From: Bacillota bacterium
Lineage (GTDB): Bacteria; Bacillota; Dethiobacteria; DTU022
DNA: 39,808 bases
Direction: 5' to 3'
NCBI GenBank assembly: GCA_033809435.1
Contig: JAPXLS010000002.1
Coordinates: 1-39,808 of the forward strand
The notes below the pieces were generated by a model. The model had not been told where the DNA came from and searched no databases. It saw nothing but the letters and a program-made list of their open reading frames with translations. The position numbers and the translations under genes are program-made. Below are positions 38,041-39,808 of this stretch, piece after piece (the stretch's first letter is position 1; the number at the start of each line of letters is the position of its first letter).

Positions 38041-38061
38041 ATGGAAAAGAGGTAGCGCTAA

Positions 38062-39808
38062 TTGGCCGAAAAAAAACGCATCATTCCTGTCAGCGTTCAC
38101 GAGGAAGTCAAAAAATCATTTCTTGACTATGCCATGAGTGTGATCGTCAGCCGTGCTCTTCCCGATGTTCGGGATGGGCTTAAGCCCGTGCACCGGCGAA
38201 TCCTTTATGCCATGTCGGAGATGGGCTCTACGCCGGAAAAGCCCCATCGCAAATCTGCAAGAATTGTCGGCGAGGTGCTGGGTAAATTTCATCCCCACGG
38301 AGACGTTGCCCTTTATGATGCCATGGTCCGCCTGGCCCAGGACTTTTCAACACGCTATCCCCTGGTGGATGGACACGGCAACTTTGGCTCTCTGGACGGT
38401 GACGCCGCTGCGGCAATGCGTTATACTGAAGCCCGTCTTTCGCCGCTCTCCATGGAACTTTTGACCGATCTGAACAAAGAGACGGTGGATTTCAGACCGA
38501 ATTTTGATGAAAGCCTTCAGGAACCCGTTGTTCTGCCCGCGCGTTTTCCAAACCTGCTGGCCAATGGTTCTGCGGGCATTGCCGTGGGCATGGCTACAAA
38601 TATACCGCCCCACAACCTTGGCGAGCTTATTGACGCCCTGTTTTGTCTCATCGAGGATCCTGGGGTAACGGTGGAAGGTCTACAGCGTTTGGTTAAAGGA
38701 CCCGATTTTCCCACCGGGGGTATTATTGTGGGACATGAGGGAATCAACAAGGCGTACCGGACAGGCAGAGGGATTATCCGCATGAGAGGGCGGGTATATC
38801 ATGAAATAATGGATAAAGGCCGCGATCACCTGGTAATCGGTGATCTGCCCTACCAGCAGAACAAGGCCAAGCTGGTGGAAAGGATAGCCGAGCTGGTCAA
38901 GGAAAAAAAGATTGAAGGGATCGCCGAACTCAGGGACGAATCTGATCATTCCGGGGTGCGCATAGTCCTGGAAATACGTTCGGATTACGAGCCGCAATTG
39001 ATCATAAATCAGCTCTATCAATACACGCCTCTTCAGCAGACGTATGGCATAATCATGCTGGCCCTGGTCAACGGAGAACCTAAAGTCCTTGACTTGAAAG
39101 AGATGCTTTCCTGCTATCTTGACCACCAGAAAGAGGTCATTGTAAGGCGGTCCCGTTTTGACCTGGGACGTGCAGAGGAGAGGCTCCATATTATTGAAGG
39201 GCTGCGCACCGCCCTTTCCAGGCTCGATGAGGTCATCGCCCTGATCCGGCGGTCGCCTGATGGGCCGGCGGCGCGCAGCGGATTGATGGAGCTGCTCGGC
39301 ATTAGCGAAAAGCAAGCCCAGGCCATTCTTGATCTACGGTTGCAAAGGTTAACCCAACTCGAACAATCAAAACTTGAAGAAGAACGCAGTGAACTGTTGA
39401 AGAGAATAGCATATCTGCAGAGCGTGCTGGCTGACGAAAGTCTGGTGCTGGGCATAATCAGAGATGAACTTCAGGAAATTAAGGATAAGCATGCTGACGA
39501 AAGGCGAACGCAGATTGTGGCCGGCGTTGATGAGTTTGAACTTACCGATCTGATTTTGGAAGAAGATGTTGTCATCACCATTACCGATCGCGGCTATATA
39601 AAACGGCTGCCGGCTGCAACTTACCGGAGCCAGAGGAGAGGCGGCAAGGGGATTGTGGGAATGCAAACCCGCAAAGACGATCTTGTTGAGCAATGCTACT
39701 TTGCTTCAACTCATGATCAGATCCTCCTTTTCAGCAACCGGGGGAAGGTTTACCGGCTAAATATCTACGAGATACCGGAATCCAGCCGCCAGTCCAGAGG
39801 CACCGCCC
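38062..39808 (+). CDS. gyrA: DNA gyrase subunit A, 3'-truncated by the window edge (not in the supplied ORF track)
   Basis: I translated it by hand. TTG at 38062 comes immediately after an in-frame TAA and 9 nt after GAGG, and the frame stays open to the window end. Sequence: [51 protein letters not shown]...[17 protein letters not shown]...[10 protein letters not shown] (catalytic Tyr)...[15 protein letters not shown]. Confidence 0.95.
   Translation, partial: MAEKKRIIPVSVHEEVKKSFLDYAMSVIVSRALPDVRDGLKPVHRRILYAMSEMGSTPEKPHRKSARIVGEVLGKFHPHGDVALYDAMVRLAQDFSTRYPLVDGHGNFGSLDGDAAAAMRYTEARLSPLSMELLTDLNKETVDFRPNFDESLQEPVVLPARFPNLLANGSAGIAVGMATNIPPHNLGELIDALFCLIEDPGVTVEGLQRLVKGPDFPTGGIIVGHEGINKAYRTGRGIIRMRGRVYHEIMDKGRDHLVIGDLPYQQNKAKLVERIAELVKEKKIEGIAELRDESDHSGVRIVLEIRSDYEPQLIINQLYQYTPLQQTYGIIMLALVNGEPKVLDLKEMLSCYLDHQKEVIVRRSRFDLGRAEERLHIIEGLRTALSRLDEVIALIRRSPDGPAARSGLMELLGISEKQAQAILDLRLQRLTQLEQSKLEEERSELLKRIAYLQSVLADESLVLGIIRDELQEIKDKHADERRTQIVAGVDEFELTDLILEEDVVITITDRGYIKRLPAATYRSQRRGGKGIVGMQTRKDDLVEQCYFASTHDQILLFSNRGKVYRLNIYEIPESSRQSRGTA

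Noticed and set aside
38680-39315. 211-aa minus-strand ORF, together with the 39114-39455 and 39367-39693 ORFs
   Set aside because: These are antisense shadows of gyrA. Its plus-strand frame, open from 38062 to the window end, translates into an unmistakable GyrA that the ORF track omitted because it has no stop in the window.

Overview
This window is the chromosomal replication-origin neighbourhood of an endospore-forming Firmicute, probably Clostridia-like; the exact taxon cannot be determined from here. Gene order closely mirrors the Bacillus subtilis origin map.

Left of about 30.9 kb almost everything is on the minus strand. Read in the direction of transcription the order is: rpmH-rnpA-yidD-yidC-jag, mnmE-rsmG, noc-parA-parB, DUF4446, M23 peptidase, bactofilin, cvpA-like, adk-DUF951-ychF, rpsF-ssb-rpsR, rplI-lonC-dnaB, FAD oxidoreductase, M23/G5 peptidase, walR-walK-yycH-yycI-murA-histidine phosphatase, metalloenzyme, MBL hydrolase. 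The exceptions on the plus strand are yyaC and a 5'-truncated class A PBP.

Right of 30.9 kb everything is on the plus strand: dnaA-dnaN-recF-DUF721-remB-gyrB-(small membrane protein)-gyrA. The gyrA gene runs off the 3' end and is absent from the supplied ORF track.

The strand switch coincides with a bipartite oriC: DnaA-box clusters flank dnaA, with an AT-rich stretch before dnaN. Two parS-type sites sit immediately downstream of parB.

I see no tRNA, rRNA, CRISPR array, IS element, integrase or prophage gene, and no obvious defence or accessory island. This is core-genome DNA, so the findings are local peculiarities, not a clear new system:
- a WalRK-YycHI module translationally chained to murA
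- a TTAA-phased palindromic leader upstream of an M23/G5 peptidase
- absence of mnmG between mnmE and rsmG
- a membrane-protein gene wedged between gyrB and gyrA
- Val at the Ser83-equivalent position of GyrA
- an adk copy chained to DUF951-ychF
- an M23-bactofilin pair
- a marked low-GC trough around oriC

All family calls come from motif recognition by eye and from memory. No searches were run.
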